Positions 60,939-64,000 of a stretch of DNA of 64,000 bases are shown here, in pieces. The notes beneath the pieces are model-generated. The model had not been told where the DNA came from. It did no database searches and worked only from the letters and a program-made list of their open reading frames with translations. The first letter of the stretch is position 1, and the number at the start of each line of letters is the position of its first letter. The position numbers and the translations under genes are program-made. The DNA comes from Laetmonice hystrix (Eukaryota), in assembly GCA_965235115.1 (NCBI GenBank), contig OZ249440.1, positions 32,490,001-32,554,000 on the forward strand. Reading direction: 5' to 3'.

Positions 60939-63399
60939 CTGAGCATGACAGTGGTGTAGTGGGCGTGGGCAGGGTAGTCATCTGAGCGTAGGCTGACTCG
61001 CGCTCAAAGCACTCTCGAGTAGTTTGAGCGTACACCCAAACTACTCTAGAGTAGTTTGGGCGTACACTCAAACTACTGTCATAGCGCTTTGAGGCTAGAG
61101 TGGTTTGGACATAGTACACCTGTATTAAAGGGATCAGAGTGCACGCACTTTTAGAAGCCCAAACTGGTTCTGTCCAACCTGAACGATATCATTTGAACGT
61201 ATTTAACAAGGAACTGGCCTGATACCGGCGAATGACTGATAATAACGGAGACTTTTGAGTGGCTCTTTTGCCTGGCGACTTATGCGCGTATCACAGAAAA
61301 GTCGACCTGTTCACACCCCAACTGTGACGTCAGTAGCGCTCTCCGCCAGCGTGAGACTCCATGTGGTCAAAGATCTTTGATGTGGTTAGGCAAAAGGGAT
61401 AGGTTAAGGGTTAGGCCCAACATGTGCTCAGTTGTAAACAGACAACAGACAGACATTCGTAGCCTGGTATACAGTCGTCTCATTACTTGCTGCAACGGTT
61501 GAATGGCAACATGCCACGTATGGAACGCCCCTCATCTTCTGCGATATTCGAACAGGCCCAGTCGATGATGCGGACCGTCGAGTACAAATACACCGACGAC
61601 TGCGATCCTGCCGGGGTTCTATCTCAGTCCTATCGCACATCATTGCCACAAAGTCGAGTTTTAGAAAACATTTGGCGCTGAAACTTTCTGAGGGTACACA
61701 AGAGGTTACTTCAACATATATTTTGTTGGATGTTATCTTAGTAGGTGAAATTCTCAGATTGTTGGTTCAAATAAAGCGCAGGGCAGCGGCGACGAGGTAG
61801 TGTGTGTGGGGGGGGGGGGGGGGGCTTAACCTGCCATAAGACCCGAATCGTTCACTTAATTCCAAAATTCTGAGTTTTTTACCATAGATGTACACGACCA
61901 ACACATTTCATAATCCACCGACAAGCCCAATTTCCCCCCTGGCGGCCATATTGGACAAAAATCCAATATGGCTGCTACCCCCAAGGGAGGTGCCCATAAC
62001 TTTGGAACTAAACATGACAGAATCACAAATGACACCTAGGGGGACACGTTCATGACATTATTTTTACGATTCAAGGTCAAGGTCAAGGTCAAACTTAGTC
62101 CGGGAGCCGGGGGGGGGGGGTATTTACAGTTTCGAGGCCAAAAGGTCTGAAGGTGGTTTTAGATGCGAAATGTTGTGCCTCACCTGGATCTGTGTGTCTT
62201 ACAAGTTGAAACTGCTGGATTTGGGTGTGAGGCATCATTTTAGGAGAATTCGCTAATTTTCAAAATACGAAAATAATGACCCTGAATAATGGGGGGGGGG
62301 GGGGTAACATAAACGCTTATAGAAAACGTGTACTTCATCATATTTTTGCAAATGAGATATTATTTGAAAGCCCAAACAACGTACTTTTAGATGGTATATG
62401 TTTGTTATGTGTATATTAATTATCAAGGTCACCAGAGGTCAAAAGGTCACGTGGCAATGATACCGCTTAGAGGATTTACTCAAGTCTCGACATATGCTCA
62501 TTGTCATCCACCTATGGGGAGAGAGAATTTCTCTTTGAACAATCTCTTATAGTTTGTTTGTAGCTGACATTGTAGCTGACATAGCTGAAGTTTCAACAAA
62601 TTTGAAGAATTCGTTGATTTTCTGTAAATTCCTGAAAAAAATCACATTATTCGAAGATTTACAGAAAACCAGTCCTCCAAGATGCTGCCAAATCAGTTCA
62701 CTGTGCATATGTTTTGAATTTATGTAAAACGCTAAATACATCTGTTTGACATAATATTAGGTCATTTTTGGAATTGTATGCATATCTAATTCGTACTGGA
62801 ATTTTTGCATAGTACTCATTACGTACGTTCGCTCATAGAAAAGAGAGCACTTCAGTCTTCACTGTTTAGGGCTATCGAAGTATTTCTATATAAAAAACCA
62901 TGTAATATGGCTACCTCCACCTGTTGGCATTGTATACTTATCGTGTGTTTCTTGAAAGTATTCAAAATAACTGTAAAACATTTCCGTCACGTACGTTCGC
63001 TACAGATAAATTCATGGTTGTGAAATGTATACTTCCCATTTGAGTATCTTCTCCAAAATTTAACAGTAGATGCCCCTCGCCTATACCTTTCATTTCCACT
63101 ACCTCACTATGCTGTCTGCTCGGGTGCTAGGCCAGCCATACCATGTACGGACTCCTCACTGTACTGTTTGACCTCCCTTACTGTTTCGCCTCACTGTATT
63201 TAGGGCAGCCAGTACTATGTAGGGACTCCTCAATGTACTTTTTGGCCTCCCTGTACTGTATGGCCCCAGTGTACTGTTTTTCACCACTGTATTGTTTGGC
63301 CTCACAGTACTGTTTGCTTGTGTACAACGGTAACCAGTAGTGTAGGGACGCCTCAGTGTACTGTTTGCCCTCGCTGTACTTTTGGCCTCACTGGTTAGG

Positions 63400-63890
63400 T
63401 AGGGGCATAATCACTACAGTTTGGTCGGATATAAAGGGCCCTTATCACTACAGTCAGGTGGGGTACATAATGTCCTAATCACTAGTCAGGTGGGGTATAT
63501 AGGGCCCTAATCACTACAGTCAGGTGGGGTATATAGGTTCCTAATCACTTCACTCAGGTGGGGTACATAATGGCCTAATCACTACAGTCAGGTGGGGCAC
63601 ACTCCTTTTTTAGGGGAGTCGCGGTGGCCGAGTGGGCATGGATGTCGACACCTTATGCTATGCGAATGGGTGCAGTAATCTTGGGGCCGGGGTTCGATTC
63701 CTGTAGAGGACTATACAACTTTTCTCTTTAGGGACATTGTCAAAGTAATTGGGTTACCCCTGATGCCCGTGCATTTCAGAAGAAAAATACAGTCAGGTGG
63801 GGCATACAGGTTTCTTATCACTGCAGACAGGTAGGGTAGGGGCCTAATCACAACAGTCAGGTGGGGTATTTAGGGACCTAATCACTACAT
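63400..63890. repeat. 34-bp tandem repeat interrupted by a SINE
   Basis: Unit AATCACTACAGTCAGGTGGGGTATATAGGGCCCT. Confidence 0.85.
63613..63788 (+). mobile_element. tRNA-derived SINE (second, 5'-truncated copy at 63889-64000)
   Basis: A box TGGCCGAGTGG (63625-35), B box GGTTCGATTCC (63691-701), non-tRNA body and A-rich tail; no cloverleaf evident. Confidence 0.75.
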
Positions 63891-64000
63891 GTCGACACCT
63901 TATGCTATGCGAATGGGTGCAGTAATCTTAGGGCCTGGGTTCGATTCCTGTAGAGGACTATACAACTTTTCTCTTTAGGGACATTGTCAAACTAATTGGG

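Noticed and set aside
63613..63705. tRNA gene
   Set aside because: A and B boxes are present, but there is no convincing acceptor or anticodon stem, and it continues into a repeated body; better explained as a SINE.
58824..64000. Further upstream receptor exons
   Set aside because: Searched by eye; no segment with both splice sites and ANF-receptor-like translation could be supported.

Overview
This is metazoan (probably invertebrate) genomic DNA, not prokaryotic. Nearly the whole window lies inside one minus-strand gene, a receptor-type (natriuretic peptide receptor-like) guanylyl cyclase. I reconstructed 9 consecutive GT-AG, phase-compatible exons by hand (966 nt, 322 aa, 58823 to 824). 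They cover the C-terminal part of the extracellular ANF-receptor domain, the juxtamembrane PPDxPxCGF motif, the TM helix and the start of the kinase-homology domain; the ORF track misses most of them. The 0.5-16.6 kb introns are packed with repeats: (1) a young but heavily rearranged Mag-like Ty3/Gypsy element (40868-47926) with three LTR copies, about 810 bp of captured DNA, a two-part self-templated insertion and a nested solo LTR; (2) a fragmented Ty1/Copia element; (3) two Ngaro/DIRS-like tyrosine-recombinase retroelement relics; (4) many nested non-autonomous DNA transposons, several with diagnostic target-site duplications (TSDs); (5) large minisatellites and a tRNA-derived SINE. No CRISPR array, rRNA or complete tRNA was seen. 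Superfamily assignments rest on termini, TSD length and motifs read by eye, not on database searches.
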